Assembly (NCBI GenBank): GCA_009691725.1
Contig: SIAP01000007.1
Location: 11,689-75,688, forward strand
Length of the DNA stretch: 64,000 nucleotides
DNA from: Phycisphaerales bacterium
GTDB lineage: Bacteria; Planctomycetota; Phycisphaerae; Phycisphaerales; SM1A02
Reading direction: 5' to 3'
This document shows positions 8,898 to 17,241 of the stretch, one piece after another. The position numbers and the translations under genes are program-made. The notes under the pieces were generated by a model, which did no database searches, was not told where the DNA came from, and saw only the letters and a program-made list of their open reading frames with translations. Each line of letters begins with the position of its first letter. The first letter of the stretch is position 1.

Positions 8898-9491
8898 ATG
8901 GTCACACAAACTGAAGCACGCTTGGAATGGTCTCTGTCTCCGTGGAACGCGACGCAGAGTTCGCTGGCATCGTTTCCGCAGACGCTGGCATCGTTTCCGC
9001 AGACGCTGGCATCGTTTCCGCAGACGCTGGCGCCCCCTTGCCCGACATCGGGATACGACGAGGACGAGGAAGAGGACGAATTCGAACTTGAAGAAGGCGA
9101 TGACTTTGGCGACGAAGAGTTTGGCGATGAGGATGGATTCGGCGAAGATGAGGAGGGGACCAAGACAGCCCCAGGTGCCGACCGGCCAACCGAAGAAGGA
9201 GAAGCAGAACTCGAAGATGAGGAGGACGGAGATGGAATTGGACCAGAGCTCCTCCCCAATGAAGCGTTGGAAGGAACCGATAAGGACGACGACGACGACG
9301 ATGATGATGACGATGACGACGATGATGACGACGATGATGACGACGATGACGACGACGATGACGACGAGGATGACGGGGACAAGGGAAGCAAGAAGAAGTC
9401 GAAGAAGTCAGCGAAAGCCAAGAAGGCACGCACGGCGAAGGCTGAACTCGACGACGACGATCGTGCGGAGATCGAAGAGCCAGACATCTGA
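8898..9491 (+). CDS. hyper-acidic low-complexity protein (poly-Asp tract followed by a Lys-rich tail), function unknown
   Basis: 197-aa ORF with a near-consensus promoter and SD upstream. Contains 3.3 x SLASFPQT repeats, a D/E-rich block, 27 consecutive Asp and then KGSKKKSKKSAKAKKARTAKAE. The opposite strand is also open (a poly-Ser ORF). Confidence 0.6.
   Translation: MVTQTEARLEWSLSPWNATQSSLASFPQTLASFPQTLASFPQTLAPPCPTSGYDEDEEEDEFELEEGDDFGDEEFGDEDGFGEDEEGTKTAPGADRPTEEGEAELEDEEDGDGIGPELLPNEALEGTDKDDDDDDDDDDDDDDDDDDDDDDDDDDDEDDGDKGSKKKSKKSAKAKKARTAKAELDDDDRAEIEEPDI
8963..9031. repeat. perfect 21-bp tandem repeat, 3.3 copies (gctggcatcgtttccgcagac)
   Basis: Read directly: units at 8963-8983, 8984-9004 and 9005-9025, plus a partial unit to 9031. 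It is in frame and encodes LASFPQT x3. Confidence 0.95.
9285..9365. repeat. (GAY)27 trinucleotide tract
   Basis: 27 consecutive GAC/GAT codons in the frame of ORF 8898-9491. Confidence 0.95.
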
Positions 9492-9552
9492 CAGTGTTTC
9501 GCCTCGTCGGCTGGTTCTCTCAGCGCGCAACGCTGCTGCGGTCTTCGCAGCG

Positions 9553-10815
9553 TCACTTGGACAGCGGCGCGAGATCGATTCTTGAAACATCAAGGGAATG
9601 CGTGCGCGGAAGCACTGCAATGACCTGATCATCGCCGCTCCGTCCGACAGGCACCCACATCGAGTCGACAATACTTGTCCTGCGTTTCCGCTCAGTCGCG
9701 CTGCCCTCAATCGGCGCCGGCTCCACGGCAAGCCCTTCGAGTGATGCGGTCACACAGCGGTCGCCGGAGATTGAAACCGACGCCGCAGACCGAGGAGTCG
9801 CTAACGCAATTCGATTGTTCACGGGATTCCAGACAGCCATCCGCCCAAAACGGGGGTGATAGAAGTGGAGCCTCGGGTCGGTGGAATTGCCACCAGTTCG
9901 CAGCGGCACCAACGTTTGGTATGCCATTCGAGCATCTGCGCGCCACGACAGATCGATCGAGATCATCGGCAATGTGCTGATGGTCTGCGCGATTGGAAAC
10001 GCGCACGCCGCAAGAACGCCATCTCGCAATCGAAGCGCGAAAAGGAACTTCCCGTCAGTCGAAAAAGTTGGAGCGAACCACGAGCCTCCTTCTGGTGATG
10101 GAATCTCATGCAGGTCGTCGCCGCGTTTCACGGTCAGTGAGAATCCATCAGCATGCCTTGGTCTGTGGCACCACGCCAACTCACCGCCCGACCCCAACGA
10201 TGCAAACGCATTGACTTCCTCGCCTCTGACCAACCACTCGGGGTCTCCGCCGGTCCATCCGACCTTGCCGATCCACCGCGCACCATCAATCCTCGGGCTC
10301 TCGATGAGGAATCCAAACGCGTCGGCAGATCTCCCGATGAGCAGGTCAGTCCCAACAACCTCGACAACGGGTGCGCCGCTCGCGTCACACAACGGCGCAA
10401 TCGCAATCTGTCCCGCATCTGGAAGTCCTCCATCGACTGCGGCCAACAGCGTCGGCCAATCCGCTGCGCTCGATATCTGAATTGCTCCGCGGCATCCATC
10501 TGGCGAGAGCAATGGCAGCGCGAATCCGTCAAACTCCACGGTGCGCAGAGGCGTGAAAGTGAAGCGAAGCCGCGCATCATCCCCGACGATTGGTCTGGTC
10601 TGAACGTGGGATCCCAGCGGATCAATCACCAACGCCTTGGGGAGCATTGGCGTACATGCCCCCTCAATGAGCAGACTCGCAGTCACCAACACTGCGAGTC
10701 CCACCATGACCGTGGCGCTTTCCATCCGCGACTCGAGCGAGCCCGCACGCGAGCCCGCACGCGAGCCCGCACGCGAGCCCACACGAGACCAATGCTGCCC
10801 AGGAGCACCAGTCAT
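9553..10815 (-). CDS. hypothetical membrane-anchored/secreted protein, last gene of the T2SS-like operon (possible beta-propeller)
   Basis: 420-aa ORF. ATG at 10815 lies 3 nt after the secretin stop. Arg-rich N-region with (SRAG)x3, then a hydrophobic segment VMVGLAVLVTASLLIEG. The remainder is beta-rich (FSTDGKFLFALRL). Confidence 0.6.
   Translation of the reverse strand: MTGAPGQHWSRVGSRAGSRAGSRAGSLESRMESATVMVGLAVLVTASLLIEGACTPMLPKALVIDPLGSHVQTRPIVGDDARLRFTFTPLRTVEFDGFALPLLSPDGCRGAIQISSAADWPTLLAAVDGGLPDAGQIAIAPLCDASGAPVVEVVGTDLLIGRSADAFGFLIESPRIDGARWIGKVGWTGGDPEWLVRGEEVNAFASLGSGGELAWCHRPRHADGFSLTVKRGDDLHEIPSPEGGSWFAPTFSTDGKFLFALRLRDGVLAACAFPIAQTISTLPMISIDLSWRADARMAYQTLVPLRTGGNSTDPRLHFYHPRFGRMAVWNPVNNRIALATPRSAASVSISGDRCVTASLEGLAVEPAPIEGSATERKRRTSIVDSMWVPVGRSGDDQVIAVLPRTHSLDVSRIDLAPLSK
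10741..10788. repeat. 12-bp tandem repeat, 3 perfect copies plus 1 degenerate copy (gcccgcacgcga)
   Basis: Read directly. Encodes SRAGSRAGSRAGS in the N-region of ORF 9553-10815. Confidence 0.9.
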
Positions 10816-10818
10816 GCG

Positions 10819-13767
10819 TCAGGGCGAAATGGACGGATCGATCGGAGCGAGCGGATCAACTGGCTGATCGCCCGTCTTCGCAGGAAGATTCAACTTGTGC
10901 TTCTCAACCATTTTCTCGCTCTTCGCGTTGAGCGGTCTTGAGATCACATCCAACCGTTCGCGCTCATCAGCATTGAAGTTTGTGTCATTCTCGTCGGGAT
11001 TGTCGACCACTGATGGCGTGATAAAAATCAAGAGCTCCTTGGTTCCAGCAGATTTATTCTTGTTGCTGAAGAAGAGATCCAAAATCGGAATGCTTCCTAG
11101 AAGCGGAAAGCCATTCTTCTCTCGAGTCTCCGTTTCGATTCGTACTCCGCTGATCACAATCGTCTGATTGTTCTTCACTGTGATTTGGGTGTTTGTTTGC
11201 CGTCGATCGATCACTGGGTTGCCGCTATCAGAGACATTGATCGATGACGCCGTGTTGACGTTGGAGAGCAATACCTCGATCTCCATTGCGACATTTCGTT
11301 CCTTCGTGATCCGAGGGCGAACATTGAGTCCGATGCCAACGGCGATTTGCTCGAAGCTCGAAGTCGTGCCGCCGCCGGTCGATCCTCCGGTCGTCGTGCC
11401 AGTCAAGAATGGAACATCCTGCCCGGCGAAGAACACCGCTTCTTTATTGTCGCTCGTGAAGACGCGCGGTTGCTGCAGAATTCGCACCGATGTGTCGCGC
11501 TGGAGTGCTTGAAGAATGACCGTCGCGTCAACGCCGAATGAAAAGTTCGACACATTCAAGACGGACGGGAAGATCGCGTCCTTCGCTCCAGAAAATGTCA
11601 GCGGCTGACTCTGGCTTCCAATGACCACTGCGTTGTTTGGGTTTGCAGGGCTGATCGATCCTGCTGGACCAAACTGAATCCCCATTGCGAATTGATCGCC
11701 CAACTCAACTTCTGCCAGAATCGCAGAGATCATCACCTGCCGACCGGGCTTGTCCAATTCGGTGATGAGTGTGATGACTGCTTCCTGGATCTCAGGAGTT
11801 GCAAGCACGAGGAGCGAGTTCTGTCCGGCGTTTGGAACGACGCGACTCTTGCCGATGATCGCGCTTACCTCTGTCGATTCCGCACCGTCACCGCCGCCTC
11901 GGGCGTTCTGCCACGGGAACTCGATGGTGGATCCGCCTGCGGATCCACCATCGTCTCCGCTTGCAGATGTGGTGCTCTCGCCGCTCGTCGTTCCGCCTCC
12001 CGCCGCTCCGAAGTCGATCCCGCTCAACCCTTCGTCCGGCGCCTGAATGCCTGTTCCTGCTCCGCTCTCAGCAAGCAACGCATTGATGATCTCTGCAACA
12101 TCAACCGAACTCGCATACTTCAACTGGACATTGACCGGCATTCCGACCGTCAGCGGCTTATCGATCTTTGCGATGAGTTCATCGAGCCACTCAAAGTTGT
12201 CCGGAGTTTTCGTGACGATGATCAGCCGATTCGAATCGGGGTATGCCTCGATCTTGAAAATGTTGGCGACTGCAACATCGGCGCCAGAATCTGCGCCACC
12301 GCCACCTCCTGCGAGGCGCGGGGAGTTTCCTCCACGACCACCCGCAGAACTACTGGATCCTCCGCCCGATTCCAGCAAGTCCTTGAGTAACACCTTGACC
12401 TTGAGTGGATCCGTGAACTTCAGGTCGTACGACTTGAAGATCGCTCCGTTGCGGGTTGGCGGGATGTCCCACGCGGTTGCGATGAGCTCTCCAATCTTCG
12501 CGATCGTTCTGGGGTCTGAGCGAACCGTGATGGAATTCGTTGCGGCGAGAACGGTGACCACAAGCGTGGGTCCATCCGCCGCCCCACTGGCGGCTGCCTG
12601 CTGATTGGGGTTTTGGCCTGGTCGTGCGCCCTGTCGGTTTTGTGCTCGAGGTGCCGCGGCCGTGCCAGACGCTCCTGAAAAAATTTCCGTGATCGAATCA
12701 GCAACGACTGAGGCATCGGCGTTGCGCAATTGAAAGGTTTCGGTGCGTGTGTCTGTGAACGGCTCGACATCCAACACATTGATGATCTCTTGACAGCGCT
12801 TGGCAAGTCCGACATCGCCCTCCAAGATGATTTGATTGGAATTGGTGTCGACATCGATCTTGGCGTAATCGGGCATCGATGCCGACAACCGATCGAACAC
12901 AGACTGAGCGCGTGTGTTTCGAATTCCGAACACTTTGATGACGACTTGGCCATTCTCCTCAAGCCGAAGAACATCGACCAATGGACCGAGCACCATGACT
13001 GGTTGCAACTTTCCAACATTGGTCAGCATGTCAACCATGATCAGTTCGTCCGTCTCCACCACGGCGATGTCATTCAGGCGAAATGCCTGAAAGATCAACT
13101 CCAACGCCTTGAGACGAGTCACAGCCTTGTCGCTGATCACGCTAATCGTCTGAGTTCGAAGTTGCGCAAGGCGAGGCAAGACCGCCTTGCCGGTGCACTC
13201 AACGATGAATGGAAAGAGATCCTCAACCTTGATCTCTTTGAAATTCACCAACACCAATTCGGTCATATCAATCGGTCTGCGATCTCCGCGAAACTGTCGG
13301 ACAATTCGGGGGGGATCGTCGGCGAGCACGATTGGCACAGAGGTCTGTTGTGCGGCGCTTGTTCCACTGATGTCGTTAGCCGCATTCGCTGGTTCCGCCG
13401 CGCCTTGTTCGGGCGGATCCACAGGGGAGTCGGCGGAGGACCCGTTCGATGGAACGGCTGACGGTTCGGCGGGTTGTTCGGTCGGCTCGACCGGTGGATC
13501 GACCACCGGATCTATTGCTGGTTCAACCGCGGGGACCGGCGAAGTCGCTTGGGTTGGCGCGACTGGGTCAACCAACGGTTCGCTCGGCGGTTCGACAGGT
13601 GGTTGAGGTGGTGCGGTCGGCTGAGAGGCCGGTTCGACACCACGGTTCGCCGGGGACTGAGCAGCGGCACTGCAAGTCAGTGACTCCACAACAAAACCAA
13701 CCAGTTGTGCAGCAGCAACGACAGCGACGATGTGATTCAGAATCTTGCGGGGATGCGGGTGGGTCAA
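10819..13767 (-). CDS. gspD: type II secretion system secretin (GspD/PilQ family)
   Basis: 982-aa ORF. C-terminal secretin motif GFPLLGSIPILDLFFSNKNKSAGTKELLIFITPSVV with repeated N-domain-like modules before it. About 150 aa of Pro-rich N-terminal extension and Gly/Ser-rich inserts. Confidence 0.9.
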   Translation of the reverse strand: MTHPHPRKILNHIVAVVAAAQLVGFVVESLTCSAAAQSPANRGVEPASQPTAPPQPPVEPPSEPLVDPVAPTQATSPVPAVEPAIDPVVDPPVEPTEQPAEPSAVPSNGSSADSPVDPPEQGAAEPANAANDISGTSAAQQTSVPIVLADDPPRIVRQFRGDRRPIDMTELVLVNFKEIKVEDLFPFIVECTGKAVLPRLAQLRTQTISVISDKAVTRLKALELIFQAFRLNDIAVVETDELIMVDMLTNVGKLQPVMVLGPLVDVLRLEENGQVVIKVFGIRNTRAQSVFDRLSASMPDYAKIDVDTNSNQIILEGDVGLAKRCQEIINVLDVEPFTDTRTETFQLRNADASVVADSITEIFSGASGTAAAPRAQNRQGARPGQNPNQQAAASGAADGPTLVVTVLAATNSITVRSDPRTIAKIGELIATAWDIPPTRNGAIFKSYDLKFTDPLKVKVLLKDLLESGGGSSSSAGGRGGNSPRLAGGGGGADSGADVAVANIFKIEAYPDSNRLIIVTKTPDNFEWLDELIAKIDKPLTVGMPVNVQLKYASSVDVAEIINALLAESGAGTGIQAPDEGLSGIDFGAAGGGTTSGESTTSASGDDGGSAGGSTIEFPWQNARGGGDGAESTEVSAIIGKSRVVPNAGQNSLLVLATPEIQEAVITLITELDKPGRQVMISAILAEVELGDQFAMGIQFGPAGSISPANPNNAVVIGSQSQPLTFSGAKDAIFPSVLNVSNFSFGVDATVILQALQRDTSVRILQQPRVFTSDNKEAVFFAGQDVPFLTGTTTGGSTGGGTTSSFEQIAVGIGLNVRPRITKERNVAMEIEVLLSNVNTASSINVSDSGNPVIDRRQTNTQITVKNNQTIVISGVRIETETREKNGFPLLGSIPILDLFFSNKNKSAGTKELLIFITPSVVDNPDENDTNFNADERERLDVISRPLNAKSEKMVEKHKLNLPAKTGDQPVDPLAPIDPSISP

Positions 13768-14675
13768 AGCGAATGCTCCAAGTTGAGGTTGAGTCGATTG
13801 GGAAACGGCGTTGTGGTTCGGTGATTGCTCGAAATGTTGGCGCTTTCGTCGTGCGGGGTGATCGCATCCCCTTGCGCCGCTGATCGTGGCTGCGTCGGTC
13901 GAGGAGTTGCGCGTGCGGCATCTGGTGAGTCTGGATTCACTTCGTCTTCAGTATCCACCTCGCCTGGCTTCGAGGGTGCCGCACCCGGTTCGACCGCTGG
14001 CTGCACCTTCGCAGAGGGCATCGATTCGGCACTCGTTGCAGACTTTGGACTGGCGACGACGGAAGGTGTGATCCCCGATGTGCCACCTGCTGGTGAACTC
14101 GACCGCGCGATCGGCGAGTGTGCGGGCGGTGAACTGCCCGAGAGTTTTGACCAATCGGTTGGAAGCCAGATCGGAACCGAATAGGATCCGCGCAAGTGCT
14201 CGACTCGGACATTCGACGGAGGTTCGACCGCGATCACCTTGACCCCATTCTTCTCTTCGCCGACGCGAATCATGAGATTCTCGCCGAAATAGACCAAGGT
14301 GCCGAGCATTCCAGTTGGTTTTGGTCCGGTGTACTCCGATGGGGGAGCCGGTGGCGCCGGCGGAGGTGGTGGCGGTGCGGGAGCGGCGGGTGCCGATGGA
14401 GGAGGAGCGGGCCGCGGTGGGGGTGGCGGCATTGTGAAAGGACTGCGTCCAGAGAAACGATCCGTCGATGTCTTCGCCAATTCTGAATGCCGTTCGAGTG
14501 CCCGCGCCATCGACGAATTCGTCTCACTATCAGGGAAGGGCGTGAACAGGAGTCGAGCGATCGGCAATAGCTCAGACGCAAAAACTGCTGTGCAGATCGA
14601 TACCGCAACGAAACTTACGAGGAGCGGCAGGGGCCACTTCTTTTCGCTATGCGCACCAACGTGTGATGGGGTCAT
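13764..14675 (-). CDS. Pro-rich bitopic protein, putative GspC/PilP-like secretin-coupling component
   Basis: 303-aa ORF. N-terminal TM (LPLLVSFVAVSICTAVFA), a polyproline linker (PPPPPRPAPPPSAPAAPAPPPPPPAPPAPP), then a small beta domain (LVYFGENLMIRVGEEKNGVKVIAVEP). Sits between the M-like gene and the secretin. 4-nt overlaps on both sides. Confidence 0.45.
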   Translation of the reverse strand: MTPSHVGAHSEKKWPLPLLVSFVAVSICTAVFASELLPIARLLFTPFPDSETNSSMARALERHSELAKTSTDRFSGRSPFTMPPPPPRPAPPPSAPAAPAPPPPPPAPPAPPSEYTGPKPTGMLGTLVYFGENLMIRVGEEKNGVKVIAVEPPSNVRVEHLRGSYSVPIWLPTDWSKLSGSSPPAHSPIARSSSPAGGTSGITPSVVASPKSATSAESMPSAKVQPAVEPGAAPSKPGEVDTEDEVNPDSPDAARATPRPTQPRSAAQGDAITPHDESANISSNHRTTTPFPNRLNLNLEHSL

Positions 14676-15283
14676 GAACCACCTCCTCTGCGGGGATCAC
14701 GTGAAGCGATCGCCCACGCCTCGGCACAGAGTCGAATACCAACCTTTTTCTTGTCCTCGAGCCAAGTCAACTTGATGGAGTTGAGCGAATCAATCGCAGG
14801 GTTGGCTTCAAAGTCTGCCAGAATCTGAGCGACTTCATCAGCCGGTGCTTCGAATTGGACCTCGCCTCGCATTCGCTCGATCCTGCGACCTGATCCTGCA
14901 ACAGTGGTCAATGCGCTGCTGGGGAGTTTGCCACCCGAAAGAGCCTCGTAGCCATACGAAGTGATGCGATGCATTTTCATCGTGTCATTCACTGCTTGCG
15001 CAAGCGACTCCGAAGCCTGCGACTCTTCATCGGGAACTTCGACCGATCCAAATGCGATCGCAGCGCGCTCGATGTCCTTTGGGATGGGGCCTTGTCGCGC
15101 AGCGCCACGCTCGAGCAGTTTCTGCAATCGGTCGCCTTCGGTTCCCCACTCTCTCGCGTAACTCCAACAGTAGTCATCGAGAAACACATACACGGTCGCG
15201 AGCCCAACAATGGTGATGAGGAAGCGCCACACGGCGGGAAGCCGTTCGAATCGCCCGATCAGTTTTTGTGATCCTCTGGTCAT
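14672..15283 (-). CDS. putative GspM/PilO-like assembly-platform protein
   Basis: 203-aa ORF. Short cytoplasmic N-terminus, a single TM (VWRFLITIVGLATVYVFL) and a periplasmic alpha/beta domain. Supported by operon position and 4-nt overlaps. Confidence 0.45.
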   Translation of the reverse strand: MTRGSQKLIGRFERLPAVWRFLITIVGLATVYVFLDDYCWSYAREWGTEGDRLQKLLERGAARQGPIPKDIERAAIAFGSVEVPDEESQASESLAQAVNDTMKMHRITSYGYEALSGGKLPSSALTTVAGSGRRIERMRGEVQFEAPADEVAQILADFEANPAIDSLNSIKLTWLEDKKKVGIRLCAEAWAIASRDPRRGGGS

Positions 15284-17241
15284 TGCTTCCTCGCTTGTTC
15301 AAGCAACTTGTAGAACTCGGCTTTCAATCGCGCTTCGCTCGCTTCATCGATTCCAGAGATTCCTCGAGCAGTCGAGACTTTGCCGAGTGCCTCGCGCGCT
15401 TCCGTTTGCGTCATCGCCTGAATCTGCTCGTCGGAGAGAGGATCAGGAATCACAGGCGCATTACTCTCGCCAGCACCTTGGCCGCGCCGCGTTGCGCCGG
15501 GAGCAGCAGTGGCCGCTCCAGTTCCTCTGCGCTTCCCTGTGCGCGCATCATCCTGCGTGCTCGCTGCGATGTTCGTCCCGCCATCCTCTGCAGCAGTCTT
15601 TGTTGAGGTCGATGGGGGTGCATCGGGAGAGCCTTCGAGCGCGACTGGAGCAGCAGCCTTTTCGTCGTCGCCCTGCGCAATCACCGCGGAACTCTCCCCA
15701 GAAGTGCGAGTCGGTGCGGCATCGGTCGCCCCAACAACTCCGTACCGCCGATCGCGCAAAGTGCGGCGAGAGAAGTCTTGGGCTTCGGGGAAGTTGGGAA
15801 CCAGCGACGGGTTTGCGATCGTTGCCTTCATGTCAAAGCTGATGATCCCATTCTGATTTGGAGGATCCCAGTTCTTCTCGATGCGGTCGAAGACGCGAGA
15901 CTCGCGTAGTTGGCGCTCCATGAGCAAGATCGCTTCTGCGGCGCTGTTGTTGCCCTGCGGCTTCGCATTTCCGTGCAAATCAAGTGAGGAGCCCTGGTTG
16001 AGCGCGATCGATTCCAATTCGATGCCCTCGGGAGTCGTTGACGAGAGGTCGCCGAGAAGTTTTCCCATCGGCCATGCATATCGCTCGTACTCGCGGTACA
16101 TCGCGCTCTGCTGGTCGGCCCTCGTGAGCGCACGTTCATATGCGGCGGCATCCGGAAGTATCCACTCCAGAGCGAGGAGGCGCAATCCTGAAAACGCTGG
16201 CGGAACAATCGCAGCGATGAGGAGTGTTGCAATCGCCAAGCGCGTTGCGACCTGCGGGTTGCGCGCGGCACTCATGACCCGATGGAGCAATCGCTGCTCG
16301 GCGACGACTGGGCGCGACTTCAATGATGCAATTCGCGCGAGTGGCCCGGTGCATGCGATCGCCGTTCCAAGCAGGATGCCACACCGATACCACCACTCAT
16401 CGTCGGCGGGAAATCCTTCGGTCACCCTTCCAAAACTTGCCGCCCCTGTCGAGAGCGGTGCGATGAGTCCGTCAGAGTGATTGGCGAGCGTGGTTGTGAG
16501 TGCCGCCATCGCAGCATCGATCGATGGTTGTGGAACATCCGCCAACAGCAGCGTTTCAATTGTGCAACGGAGAATCGACTCATTCCAAGTCGCCTCATCG
16601 CTGCCATCTTCGCGCATTGTTCGAAACGCACTGTGCATTCCATCCCAGTAGGCGATCGAGATTGCCCCGGTGGACTTCTCGAGATACATCGCGAGAGACT
16701 CACGCTCTCCGTTGGCGATGGAGTTTGTCACCAGCGCGACGAGTGCGGCAATCGGCGGTGCATAGCGGACCTCGAGTGATTCGGTGAAGGAAGGGGGAAC
16801 ATCTGGTCCTGGGGTTGACAACGGCCACTCAACCAGCAGCGCAATTCGATCGCGATCGGGGTCGGTCGTAGGGAGCAAAGTTGCGTCGGTGCGCCAGCGT
16901 GCGGCTCCGCCGAGCAAAAGGTTTTCGATCTGGAGCCGAAGCGCCATTTCGAGTTGATCAGCAGATGCAGTTGGCATGGTCACGGTTCTGCAAATGACAT
17001 CGCACCCCGCAAGCATCAGGATCGTGCGTGATGCGAGATGCTGCTGTATCCATGTGTGCGCATCGTCGAATGCACTGACCCCGGAGAATGCCTGTGTATC
17101 TAGAAGTCGAACTGATCCGTCGTTCACGTGTGCGACGATGACATCGCACTCTGGCCCGCTGTTGCCTTGGCGGAGCGCGGACAACACTGCAATCCGATTC
17201 GGATCTGCGGGTGCGTGTGGGGTGCTCTTCGGATGCTTCAT
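15280..17241 (-). CDS. putative GspL-like / fused PilM-PilN-like assembly-platform protein
   Basis: 653-aa ORF. A cytoplasmic domain of about 330 aa, a TM (LAIATLLIAAIVPPAF), a PilN-like periplasmic segment (IELESIALNQGSSLDLHGNAKPQ...LRESRVFDRIE), then a low-complexity tail. Located directly after gspK. Confidence 0.5.
   Translation of the reverse strand: MKHPKSTPHAPADPNRIAVLSALRQGNSGPECDVIVAHVNDGSVRLLDTQAFSGVSAFDDAHTWIQQHLASRTILMLAGCDVICRTVTMPTASADQLEMALRLQIENLLLGGAARWRTDATLLPTTDPDRDRIALLVEWPLSTPGPDVPPSFTESLEVRYAPPIAALVALVTNSIANGERESLAMYLEKSTGAISIAYWDGMHSAFRTMREDGSDEATWNESILRCTIETLLLADVPQPSIDAAMAALTTTLANHSDGLIAPLSTGAASFGRVTEGFPADDEWWYRCGILLGTAIACTGPLARIASLKSRPVVAEQRLLHRVMSAARNPQVATRLAIATLLIAAIVPPAFSGLRLLALEWILPDAAAYERALTRADQQSAMYREYERYAWPMGKLLGDLSSTTPEGIELESIALNQGSSLDLHGNAKPQGNNSAAEAILLMERQLRESRVFDRIEKNWDPPNQNGIISFDMKATIANPSLVPNFPEAQDFSRRTLRDRRYGVVGATDAAPTRTSGESSAVIAQGDDEKAAAPVALEGSPDAPPSTSTKTAAEDGGTNIAASTQDDARTGKRRGTGAATAAPGATRRGQGAGESNAPVIPDPLSDEQIQAMTQTEAREALGKVSTARGISGIDEASEARLKAEFYKLLEQARKQ

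Noticed and set aside
8963-9031. Whether the short tandem repeats (here, 10741-10788 and 56465-56509) could be a CRISPR array
   Set aside because: The units are directly adjacent with no spacers, are 12-21 bp long, lie in frame inside ORFs, and no cas genes are present.
10650-10815. Lipoprotein signal in ORF 9553-10815 (…LLIEGAC)
   Set aside because: The residue at -3 is Glu, which does not fit the L-[AS]-[GA]-C lipobox. I treated the segment as a signal anchor or plain signal instead.
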